Both the position numbers and the translations under genes were made by a program. A DNA stretch of 64,000 bases from NCBI GenBank assembly GCA_002189035.1, contig CM007990.1, forward strand, positions 3,844,001 through 3,908,000, read 5' to 3'. The notes beneath the pieces were generated by a model, which made no database searches, was not told the DNA's origin, and was given only the letters and a program-made list of their open reading frames with translations. How positions within the stretch are numbered: the stretch's first letter is position 1; each line of letters opens with the position of its first letter. Below are positions 26,538 through 38,313 of this stretch, one piece after another. Source of the stretch: Utricularia gibba (lineage: Eukaryota > Plantae > Magnoliophyta).

Positions 26538-29500
26538 ATGTCTGTGGCCGTGTCTCCTCCGTCTCCATTTGCTGGCCACAATTCATTGTTCACTGTAAGC
26601 TGCGGTGGTTGTCATTTCCGATTCTTCTTTTACTTTTTTTTTTTTTTTCATTTTCCAGTGTAAGCCACCAACGTTTTCGTGTCTGCTCGCAGCAATTTAA
26701 TTTTCTTAATCTGGGTTTTGATGATTTCTCGAGTTGTTAGAGACTCTTCGACGTGTTCTTGTTGGTAGTTGCGTCATCAAAATAAAGTACATGAAATTTA
26801 TTTTTGGTTGTAGAGAAGGAAGTCACTTAAGAGACGTGCTGCGTATTCCACGTTTAGGTTTCATGTAAAAGCGATATATTGGGGCCCAAAAAAGATCACA
26901 AGATCTGCCAAACCAGAAGAATCATCTCTTGGTTATTTCAATTTGACAGAGTTAGCGCCTGAGGTATAATCTGTGATGATGCTTGTGTTGTGAAATATGT
27001 GATCCTAAACATAAATATGTGCACTGTATGTGGTATTTTTTTCTGGGATTGTTACAGGGAGATACACTTAATTTGGGTAAACCATCGAAAAAAGTTTCAG
27101 TTCAAGTGGTTTCTTCTATTGTCGACATTCCAGCAGATGAGTGGGATGCTTGCAGCAATGATGCAGCAGGTCCAGATAACTTCAATCCATTTCTCACCCA
27201 TGGTTTTCTTTCAAGCTTAGAGGAATCAAGTAGTGCTGTGAAGGTGGGAAACTCACTTCTGTAACTTCCCCTTGATTTTGAATGGATATGAAAATTCAAT
27301 TTCGACCAGGAATTTGGCAAGAAAATTATGCGTATATGGTCATAGTCATGCACATATTTGCTGCTTCACTATTGACGATTTGAGATTGAAAACATGTGGC
27401 ATTAATTTATTTTGCTAAGTTCCTATTTCTCCTTTCGGCATCATCCATGGTTCCTGGTTCTTACGTGGCAGTATAAATGATTGTTACCAGGAGACAGGAT
27501 GGAGTCCGCAGCATATTTTTGCTCAGGATGACTCTGGTAATGTTCTTGGCGTGGTTCCTCTATACCTGAAAAGGTTTGGTTTTTAACATGAAATGTTTTC
27601 CTTTATCAGGAAGAAACATTCTTAGTTTCTTTAGTTTAATTATGGAACACATTTGGTAATTTGAATGCTAAGTAAACAGCGGGGCATGCATAAATTTTAA
27701 TTACAATGATTTAACACTCTGGCATGGTAACTCTTCTTCTTTTAATTGGTTGATTTAACATTGCAGCCACTCTTATGGTGAATATGTATTCGATCATTCC
27801 TGGGCAGATGCATATTATAGTTGTGGGTCAAGATATTATCCCAAATTTCAGAGTTGTGTGCCTTTTACGCCAGTGACTGGCCCAAGGATCTTGGTCCGCA
27901 ATACAGATTACAGAAGTCAGATTTTTGATATTTTGGTTTCTGCTTTGGTGGCTCTTACAATCAAGGTATTCCAGCATAGTTTCTGTAAGATTCTACCAGT
28001 ATTGTTTCCTCATCAATCTGTAAGTGCTTATCTTTGTGCGCCTAATGGTTTCTTGCAGCTTGAAGTTTCATCACTGCATATTACTTTTTCCACTGAAAGT
28101 GAGTGGTGTAAATTGAGGGAGAAGGGCTTTCTGCAGAGAGTTGGGATGCAGTATCACTGGAAAAATCGTAATTATAGAAAGTAAACACGTTTATTCTCTT
28201 GCTATTTGCATCGGTTGAAAGGAAAATGAAAATTATGTCTTTTTTGTTGTATCTTATAGGACTGAAAAGCAACTATATTCAACTTTTTTGGCATCTAATC
28301 AATCCTGCATAGGTTTTTATATATCTGGAAAATTGCCAGTCCACTTTCGTAATTTAGTTTCTTTGACTCCTAAATTCAATGAAATTAGCTACAAAATAAA
28401 TGAGCTGGTAGTATAGCTAATAAGATTTTCTAAATCATTTTGCTCCATTTGCAGTTTTGATGAGTTTTTGATGGACATGAAGCAAAGCAAAAGGAAAAAT
28501 ATTCGTCAAGAACGCAAGAAGGTACAATTGGGCAGACCTTAAGTTCCTCCTTTATTTTTCGACCTGCTAATGTGATCATTCTGAAACATCGGGATTAAGC
28601 TTCGCTCTTGCTTTGTCAACTGTTACATGATCACTGTCTCAAGAATGAAAAATTTATAACTGACGGGACGTGTAATCTCATGTGAATAACTGTTGAATAT
28701 AGTATTTAATTTTTTTTCTGGAGCTTTTGTACTTTTGGGATGAAAAAAGGAATCTCTTGGTGTTATGCCACCATAGGATGAGTTTTAATCACCTGTCTAC
28801 CTGGAAAATAATGTAACACGAAAACTTCGTTCCTCCAGATATCTGCCCAGAATTTGATCATGAAGCGACTTCGAGGAGATGAAATTAAGGTACCCTTTGA
28901 ATAGTGTAGGGTTTACTCCTATCTTATGACTACAACCTTGGTTCGTTGGAAGACTGGCATTTCCTAGTTGCTTATGATCAGAATTGTCACATGGCTATCA
29001 TCCTTTTTATGTGGTTTTTTTAAAGAACAACGCACATTTGGATATAATCTGCATTTTTACACCTACTGTTTTCTACTTTTTGATGGACCAGCTATTGTCG
29101 CTTTAATTGTGCAACATTTTTTACCGTGCATGTTTTAGGCAAAGCACTGGGATACATTCTACAAGTTCTACCGGAATACGACTGATAACAAGTTGGTTTC
29201 TTGTATGATCTTTTTGAGTGTGTTGTATTTTCCAAACTTGAACGGTGTATCCACATTCTTTAGGTGGGGAAGTCCTTATCTAACGAGAGAGTTCTTCCAC
29301 AACATGGCTTCAAAGTTGGGCAATAAAGTGCTCCTTGTTACGGCTGAAGAAGATGATGAGATTGTTGCTGGAGCTCTAAATCTTATAGGTGGTGATACAC
29401 TATATGGGCGTTTATGGGGTTGTCTCCCGCGTACATACTACCCAAGCTTGCATTTTGAAGCATGCTATTACCAGGTTTTGCTTTCTGCTTTGTGCTGTCG

Positions 29501-29932
29501 ACCAGGGACCTTTTCAGATACTTTCGTTCCTATCCATAGTTCATTCATGATTTGTATGATTGCCCCTCACATTACAGGCTATAGAAGCTGCAATTGAGCT
29601 GGGTCTTAAGACTGTAGAGGCAGGGGCTCAAGGTGAGCATAAAATACAGAGGGGGTACCTCCCTGTGATGACATATAGTTCCCACTATATTCTGGATGAA
29701 GAGTTCAGGAAAGTAATTTCGAACTTCTTGGTACGAGAAAAAGCTCAGGTATCGCTATCACTTCACTATATATATTATCCTTCAACCTCATGATACAGCA
29801 GTAGTATTCTTTTCTAGCTTTCACGAAGTTTGAATTCATGATGAACCTCTGGATTTTTTTCCTGGTCCGCAGCTTGAGCATGTGATGAAAATATTGCATG
29901 ACTCTGGTCCATTCAAGGATGATGTTGTTTGA
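26538..29932 (+). CDS. DUF482 / FemAB-like (peptidoglycan biosynthesis/recognition) GNAT-family acyltransferase, probable plastid transit peptide; ~12 exons
   Basis: Motifs NPFLTHGFLSSLEES, GWSPQH, VPLYLKSHSYGEYVFDHSWADAY, VPFTPVTGPRIL, MQYHWKNRNY, YLTREFF, LYGRLWGC, LHFEACYYQAIE, VEAGAQGEHKIQRGY. All donors GT. Stop at 29930-29932. Confidence 0.9.
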
Positions 29933-30291
29933 AGACAGATGTTGGTGAAGGAAACCAGCAGTGCTCTTCTTCGATGCCCAACCTGTGCTAGCAGCATCAT
30001 TTAGGCTCGAACCATGGTGATTATGGAGATGCACTCTGAAGTGTACTTGTGTATAGATAGAAACTTCATGAAAACCAATATAAGACAAGGGAGCATGAGT
30101 ATGGGCACCTTCATTATTGCCGATGTACTTGTATATAATTATGTATTTTTTTCTGTGGGCAAACAGAAATTGCTCTGCAGAACTAAATGAATATTGCCAT
30201 CAACATTTTTGTGCAATCCATGATCAATATTTATACAATATTTTGGATGTTTGTAAGTGATTTTTCCTTATGATAAAAAAAAAAAATTGTG

Positions 30292-31572
30292 CCATAGGAT
30301 GTGTTTTTCCGGCCAATTTAGTTAAATGCTTGTGTCATAAAATTTTTTTGTTAAAATAATTATTGTTTTAATATTATTATCAAACTACTTATGTTTACTA
30401 ATTATTTTTGTAAAAATACCTGCGTTTTTTTCATTTTTAACATACATGATTTCTTATGAAAATAACTGTTGTTTAATAAAATCTATTTATTTTACTTTAT
30501 TTGTTATTTTCACAAATTAGTTCTTATTTTTCAATTTACATCATAGTTAATTATAATGTACTAGATATTAAATATATTTTCAATAAATAAATTTTATTAA
30601 TAATATAAATGTATTTATTCAATTGTACATTAATGATATTGATTTTATAATTTTAATAATCTTGATTAATTAGATACTAAGAAATAAAAAAATAATCATG
30701 TACTAAATTAAGAATTAAAAAAAATTAAAATAAAATTACATCATGTCTCTCTAATAATGTATAAGTTGAATAATTTTGTTAATATGATCTTGTGAGATCA
30801 AAATACTTACTATTTTTTATCATTACACAAATATATATTATTTCTTATTTTTTATTAGAATACTTATGTTATTGTTATTTCAAATAACATAATTATTAAT
30901 TTTATTATTTATATAACACTGTTCTAATTAAATATAACTGTAGTTTTAAAAAAAATCGAAAGATTTTAATTGAAAATAAATTTTAAACATTTTTAATTTA
31001 ATTTTATTAAGAAACTTGTAATTTATTAATGGAGATGTACTTGACAAAATATTTCGAAATTTGTGATATATTGGATTAATTGTTTATTGGATTTGAAAAT
31101 ATTTTGATTTATAAAAGGATGTTGAATGTAAATAATTTCATATTAAAATATAAAGATTTTAAAAATTTAACTTCTTTGTTGTATTGGTGTGGGATGAATA
31201 AAAATATGATAAGATTAAGAAAATCAAATCTTTTGTATTAATGTCAATTCATGATTTATATTATAATTTTATATTTTTAGTGTTTAATCATTATTTTTTT
31301 CTTTGTCAATAAAATTAATATGTTTCAATATTTTTTTGATAGTAATAATTCATAATATTAAAGATAAACTAATATATTTTAAAGTATCATATCATATATT
31401 TAAATAGAATAAAAATAATAGGTATTACAATAATACATTCAAAATAACAGGTATTTCTATAATAATAAAACCAATAACAGATAGTTTAATGAACAAAAAA
31501 AACAACAGTCATTTTAATAAAAAACTTTTCTAACATAGGCATTTCATTAAATTTCTGGTATTTTTCCTGTGG
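30292..31572. mobile_element. Mutator-like non-autonomous foldback element with ~130-bp degenerate TIRs
   Basis: 30292-30430 aligns with the reverse complement of 31441-31572 (e.g. AATTTAGTTAAATGCTTGTG / AATTTAATGAAATGCCTATG; AAATACCTG on both arms). Very AT-rich interior. 9-bp TSD not convincingly preserved. Confidence 0.6.
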
Positions 31573-31640
31573 TTTTTGTATCTGGTTTCCTTCATGTACA
31601 TGTATTCGGGTAATTCATGAAGAAGCTATCCTGAAAAAAA

Positions 31641-34088
31641 TCATTCATCTGGACTTGCGTGAGCTGGTTTCTCCAATGGTGCTTTCTTGTATGGATCGAT
31701 CCAGCAGTCATCTTTCTCAACCGCCTTTTGCCATCGATCCCTGAATTCCCTCATCTCGCGGTATGACTTCATTCGTACCTAAATTGCAAAAAGTAAGTTT
31801 TTTCTTTAATGAGGGAGAAAAAAGTGAGTTAGCACAGCCATTTTTGAGTGTATGCGTTTAGTGTGTATACAGGAAAACTTACTTGATTTCTGTGATCATC
31901 CTTTTTTGCAGACAAACTTTCCTGCAAAGTGGTGCATCTCTGGTCATGAACACTGTAAATCACCGGAGTTGAGAGCAGAAGGTTGTGGAAGAGTGGCAGG
32001 TATACCTCGTTCTTTTCAGCAGTGCTTCCAAGAGTAGGGAGCGCTACATGAGCTATATACTCTTCATCCACCACACCTACTTTTTGCTTCCGATCGCCTT
32101 GTGCACAGTAGCCGAGCTGCATGTCGAGGCCCCAGGCGTGAATCAGGTCATTCTGCAGAGCAAATGATCAGCTCTGTTTTCACTTCTGATGTTAGCAGGA
32201 GGGATGCACACAAGGGCAGCATAATTGTAGTGGAACTTGAATGAGACTTCTGGTTTCAAATGAAGCGATGCAGATTACCTGAATCATATACCAAGTGCAA
32301 CGCCATGCAGCTTTTGAAAACACAGGGGCCATCATCTCCACCCAACTGCATCAACATTTTGATGCATGTTACTGTGAACAAAGACATCAAAGCCGAGAAG
32401 AATGAGATCGTGTTGAGTGTCTTTTTACCCTATACATGGAGGTGAATCACTGTTTGAATCACACCTTCCATTTCTATTGTGTCTCCTGTTTCGTTAACAC
32501 GAGAGTTTTTCAGAACTCAGAAACTATATAATATAAATACTGTTCTTTTTCTGACCTGTGCACTCTTGATCTCTTGTTCCTTACAGTAATCTGATGATGA
32601 ATCTCTGATTTTCCGGGTTCAAGACCTGGTTGTGAAATTTCAAGGCCTTCTTCTTTGATGATCGATAAGTATCTGCTTACCAATAGCAGAAACAGAATTT
32701 CTGAACAGCAATGTAGATGTAGCTCATAGCATAATTTCCAACTGCAACTGACTTTCACACCTTAAAGGATGGAAATTTTCGACTTCAAGGTCCTCGTCCC
32801 ACAGAAAAATGTAGTCATACTCATCGACAATATCCGGATGAAGAAACCGCTTGGCAAACCACCTGTAAAGCTCCATCCATGAGTATAAAGAAGTGCGACC
32901 AGTGTTCTCATGAAAGAGACATCCTGTCATGTGGGCTTCACCATTTCGTCTGTTTTTCTGCAGAAATATGGATGACTTTGTCATGCCATTCTTGATCTTT
33001 CCACTCATCCACTCGATCATCATAATGAAACAGGACCACAGAGAAATTATCGTGGATGAACTGCACAGAAAACCAGAGAGTATACATGATGCTTACATGG
33101 GAAGGAACAGAGCTAACAACCAACAGTTGAGAAAACAACTATACCTTTGTAACAGTTTTATCTACCAACGCTTTCTGCTTAATCCCAATAGGCATAGCCA
33201 GCAAATTCTTCTTCTGATCCAGCTTTTTCTGATACCAAGTCAGCAGACTGTAAACAAAACATGTGCTTATCTTTCAGGAGAAAGGAGGCTAGCAACAAAT
33301 ACATTTACACGGCCCCATAGAGGTTGCATTTCCAAGTCTGTAGTCTTGGAAATGATCCCTTCCGGCAAAGCATCGCTACCTAGAGGCTTGCATTTGGCCT
33401 ACAAGAAAATTGCTTTCACTAGTGAGTCCTCTTTCTGCCAGATTCTAAATTGTGAATAAACGAGCCATATTCACCAACATTGCATCTATCGGATGGTGGC
33501 GCTTCTGTCATTGCAGCCGTCCTCTCCTTGGTTTCTTGTGTCATTGGTATCTAAAAAAGTAATGTACTTTTGAGTTCATAATCTCGACTGAATTCTTATG
33601 CAAGAATGAGAAGAGTGGCACAGAGTGCTCAAACTTGTGAAGATTACCACAAGATGGACATGATCTACATTCAAGGGTGGACTCCTCAGTGGAACTTGAA
33701 AAGATAGCTGCAGGTTTAATGAGCACTTTCATTTAAAAAAAAATGTTCAAAAGGACAGAGTTCTGCAGGGTGCAAAGTAAATCAAACAAGGCCCCTGTGT
33801 GGAAGTGATTTGCCACGGAAACCGGTACTGGAATCCAACTTCACTTAAACTCGTTTTTATTCCTGTACTGGAACCGAAACTGCACTGCTTCGAAACACCA
33901 GTAAGCATGTGCAAGGAATGAAGTGAGTAATGGCAGATTACCCGCAAAGAGTCTCTTTGCAGCCATGCACCACAAAGTAAAAATGCACTACAGAGCAAGA
34001 GCAGTGTGAAGAACAGAGAGCATATACATGATCTGCTCCTCGGGTTGGAGAAATGAGAAAACTGAAAAAAACCGGAAAAACTGGTCAT
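31641..34088 (-). CDS. DUF707 family protein (N-terminal membrane anchor, glycosyltransferase-like); ~12 exons
   Basis: LPEGIISKTTDLEMQPLWG, LLAMPIGIKQK, LFHYD..VDEW, KWWFAKRFLHPDIVDEYDYIFLWDEDL, EISQPGL, WVEMMAPVFS, NDLIHAWGLD, VRMKSYREM...WIDPY. Stop at 31643-31641. Start codon is a best guess. Confidence 0.9.
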
Positions 34089-35908
34089 ATATCATCACAA
34101 AAAGAATGAATCTCAACCCCAGATACAAAAACATAATCCCCTTTCATTACACTCAAAAAGTTCCTACTATTCCAAAATCCAACCTTTCACAAGCTCCAAG
34201 AAAACAGACCTTTCTTTTCTTCCAAAACTCATCGTGAAACATTCACAGAGACCAGCAAATCAAACGACAATATCGTACACAGAAACTAAGAATATATTAA
34301 AAAGCAAAACCAGAAAACGTACAGCATGATATGTACTCATTATGAAGCTGCCTGAGACAGTCGAATAATGAAAAGGGCTGTCTTTTCTTTCTTCTTTTTG
34401 TTTCCTTCTGAATCTCCAACAACAGCAAATCACAAACTGTAACAGAAGAAGAGCCTCCCCCTTCCCACGGCGGTCCGCTGACCCCTTCTTCAGACGTCAA
34501 CCACCTTTCTCTATACATACATGATACACCACACAATCAGAGTGCATGTATATATATCTCAGCGTCTTTGCTGGGCAACAGAGACCTGGTAACTAAAAAT
34601 AATGGTCCTTGCTTCACAAGACACCAAAAACATCAATCTCCCAAATTGTTTCACCTACCGTTAAGACTTGTTACAAGGATTAAGGCACCAGAAGAGAAGC
34701 TTAAGGACCCCATGTCACCCCCCAGCTTCATGTAACGGGAATTTATAGCTTCTTTTACATGAAATGAAATGATTTTATCAGCGGTGCGCTATGCTGACTC
34801 CAAACTCTGAAATGGAAGGAGATGAAGCACCAGTAATAGGTGATTTAACGATTACGCAATATTAATACAATAATATATACCTAATTAACTAAAATACTTA
34901 AATTTAAATAAATAATTTCTAAATTCATCGAATCTAATTTTTAATTCAAAAAAACTTTATTCATAATAAAAAACGCAGTGCATTCGAAACCTGGAAAATA
35001 AAATAAAAATTGCATGAGGTCGTGGAGCGATGAGCACGAGGAGAGATGACCAATGAGGTATAAACACGTGGCGTTGGGGCCCAATGAATTGACTTTTAAT
35101 AGCGATGATTCAAATATGTGAACGCCAAAACTGAAATTCGTTTTTCGCATTTAAATAGATATTTATTTTGTCTGATCTCCGTATCCCACAGCCTCCTGTG
35201 CCCTTGAATGATTGCGGAAAAAATCATCCCAATCTCCTTGATAATATAACCAAATTTCCTCAGTAAATAATAAATAATCATATCATAGATGACATGAGGA
35301 TGTCTTCATTTAATCATGCAGTTATATTATATGGTTTTTTTTAAGAAAGCTATCAACCTTCCTTGTCAAGACTGGGCGGGGGCACTTTCGTCCTCCAAGG
35401 GATATGTAATTTGAAGGTATGATTATATAGAGTACAATCAGTTTTAAGATTATGTAAATAAAATTAATTTCAAATTATAAAACTGTTGTGTGATATAATA
35501 CAAAAAATTATATTTATAAAATTTAATAAAATAAAATATATGTTATAAAGTATAATATATTAAAGTGTTATATAATTTAATATTATGATATGAATATATT
35601 TTTAGAATAAATAATTTAATAATTTCTTAAGTTAATCATATAATATGATTTTTTTATTTTATTATATAACGATTAAAAATTAGAATTTTTAAAAATTAAA
35701 CACAATCATTTAAAAAAAATAATAGCACAAAAGGACATCAACTCAAAGGTTGCTTAGATTGGAAATTGATTTGACGCATTTGATTGAACACATGTCATTT
35801 TCTTTTTCAAAAATAAATTTTATGATTTCTGATAGTTTAAGTTTATTTGGATAAGGCGTGAAAATATTTTTGCATATTTTGGAAAATAAAGGCATGAAAA
35901 TATTAAGA

Positions 35909-35972
35909 AGTCCCCAGAACGTTACAACTTTCGTGCGGGTCGGAGCTTACCCGACAAGGAATTTCGCAGCCT
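35909..35972 (-). other. 64-bp organellar (probably plastid) 23S rRNA-derived insertion (NUPT)
   Basis: AGTCCCCAGAACGTTACAACTTTCGTGCGGGTCGGAGCTTACCCGACAAGGAATTTCGCAGCCT matches the reverse complement of the recalled plastid 23S domain IV segment (AGTGCCCAGATCGTTACGCCTTTCGTGCGGGTCGGAACTTACCCGACAAGGAATTTCGCTACCT) with 7 substitutions. Not a functional rRNA gene. Confidence 0.85.
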
Positions 35973-36799
35973 CGAATTTATGTTCAGTCCGCATTCGAAC
36001 ACGTGTTGAATTGCAGGGCCGCAGCGGCTTCTCGTTTTCTGCAGCGCACACACGCCCCTTCCGGCCGCCGACTTTTGTCACCGGTGAGTTTGTCCTTTCG
36101 TTTCGTGGCCATGATTTTGTTTTGCTCTCTATCTTTGTCCTGTGGTTCCCTTCGGTTCGATTTCTGCCTGTGCCTTAAGTCGCATACGGATAAGTGATCG
36201 ATTCGATTTCGATTGCAATTAATTCCTTTTCGAGCTCTAGTTGTGCCTTCTGCCGATGAGTTCAACCGAATTTGCAGCAAATGATCAGATAGAAACTGCG
36301 TCCGGCTCCTTTTTGCATTTTTTACTGAAAGTTCTTTTTAGTATGGTATAGGTTCTGTGGCTGTTAATCGATCTTCACTTTCACATCTTCATGGATTTAG
36401 ACCGAGATGTGCACGTCAATACGGGAGTGACATATACGGTTTTCAAATTTAGAACGTTCTTTTATTTACAAACTGTATAGAAATCTACCAGATTTTGAAC
36501 TGTTTAGAACGACTTAGAAGATGGCACGAAAAATACGAGATTCTTACAAGTAGCGTGTGACTTTGGGGGAACATGAAGTATGTTTTTCTTGAAATGTCTG
36601 GTATATGGAGTCCAAACAGGAGTCCAGAAGGGGTTGTGGACGAAAAAATGAGTTTTATTGAAATTCAAAATGAGAGCAGTTATGTGAAATATTGTTATGA
36701 AGCCCTGATTTTTATATCTAGTTGATGGATTTTTTCTTATGTAGTTGAAGTTCTGCAAGCATTTTTGGAGAAATTGTAAACAGATATAGCAACTAGGAA

Positions 36800-37225
36800 A
36801 TGCATCCACCTCTTACAATCCACAGACATCCAATGTGTGCCGAGGTAGGTTGCCTTTTAATATTAATCGTAGTTAATTCCTTCTTATATGAAATGGAATG
36901 GTCACATTTTGTTTCCAGATTATAGAAGCATTCCAGAAGTGCCATATGGATCACCCTATTGGGAAGTTTTTCAATGAGTGTGCTGATTGGAAGATTAAAC
37001 TTGATAAGTGTTTTCGTGAAGAAGTAAGTTCCTGTTTGCGCTGCTTCATTTTTTCTTGCAGTTTTTCTGGTGTGGAAAATAAAAGCTAAACCTTCTTCTC
37101 ACTTGTCACAGAAAGCACTTAAAAGAAAGGCAAATTTTGAAGAAAGCAAAAGACTCAGGGAGCGTTTGAGGGAATACAGGAAGGAAACTGCCGAAATGGA
37201 CAGAGTGGATGTGGCTCAAGCTTGA
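36800..37225 (+). CDS. CMC2: COX assembly mitochondrial protein 2 homologue (twin CX9C, Cmc1 family); 3 coding exons
   Basis: MHPPLTIHRHPMCAE|IIEAFQKCHMDHPIGKFFNECADWKIKLDKCFREE|KALKRKANFEESKRLRERL...QA*. Canonical GT-AG introns. Confidence 0.9.
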
Positions 37226-38313
37226 GGCACGTAAAAATGTTCAGATGTCGAGTATAGACTGAGGATACAGGTGCTAATTCTGCAACCCAACAAATTCCAT
37301 TGGCTGTAGAGGGATAAAGTTTGGTAAGGGGATCGGAGCAGGCTACCAGGGGACAACATTTTTTGTTTAGAACTGTTACTCCCAACCCCCAAATTTCAAC
37401 ATTGAATAATTTCAGAGGCTTTCTGTCTCTCTGTCCTTCTGAAACCACTTTTCTTACTCATAGGCTACCTTCATGTCTTATATGAAAAATTACACTCAAG
37501 GTACATGAATCTTACATATTTACACCGAAACACCAGCCTGGCTTCTTGTTCTTGCTATGATAAGAGTGCATTAGAAAGTTATGGTGCATGGCTGCATGCG
37601 TGGGAGTTACACAAATATGCATATTTCCGAACATTCCCCGGCGCTCATCCACGAGTTTGTGCCGTGATTCGTTAAATTGATTGACTAGTTAACGTAATCA
37701 AAGGGAGCAAAATACCCAGGTACTGATTGAGATTGAGCTTCATGCCGATTCGTGTTCACAAAAGGCAAATATGGGCCCCGGTTTTATGAATATGGCTGCT
37801 GTATAGATTTTGAAAACTCTCCCTGTTTTTCTCTGGGCTTCCTATACATAGAAAATCATGTAGCGGTCGAGCTGCGGTAGTTAGTTTTGGAACATCATCA
37901 GGACTTGTTAATTGGTATGAGTCAACCATATGTTCATCTCTTATCAAAAAACGCAAACCCATTTTGCTAATATTATTTGCATTGTATACGTTTTGCTGGT
38001 GGATTTTGTTCTTGTTCTAATGGAAAATTCGAATCTTCGCTTCTGGATTGTGCACAGAACATGATGGGGAGTTCTTGGCTGGTTTCCCCAAAATATCTTT
38101 TGTTGTGAAAATTGATCTTTCTGGTGATTTGGAGTAATGCATTTCTGCTTTGTGATCCCATCTCTTGCTCATGCAATTTGCTTGAACTGGATGGGGGATT
38201 TTCCCGCTCTTGTTTTTGACTCTTGGAGGTCGTGAAGACATTGTTATGGTTACTGTGAGGTTATAGCACCTTCTTGGTTTCCTTATTCGGAGCTTAGGCA
38301 TGAATCCCAATTC

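Noticed and set aside
35050-35085. G-box (CACGTG) plus site-II (GGGCCCA) in the DUF707/CMC2 divergent interval; similar G-boxes near XND1 and SnRK2
   Set aside because: Short motifs like these occur frequently by chance and cannot be supported as functional without conservation or binding data.
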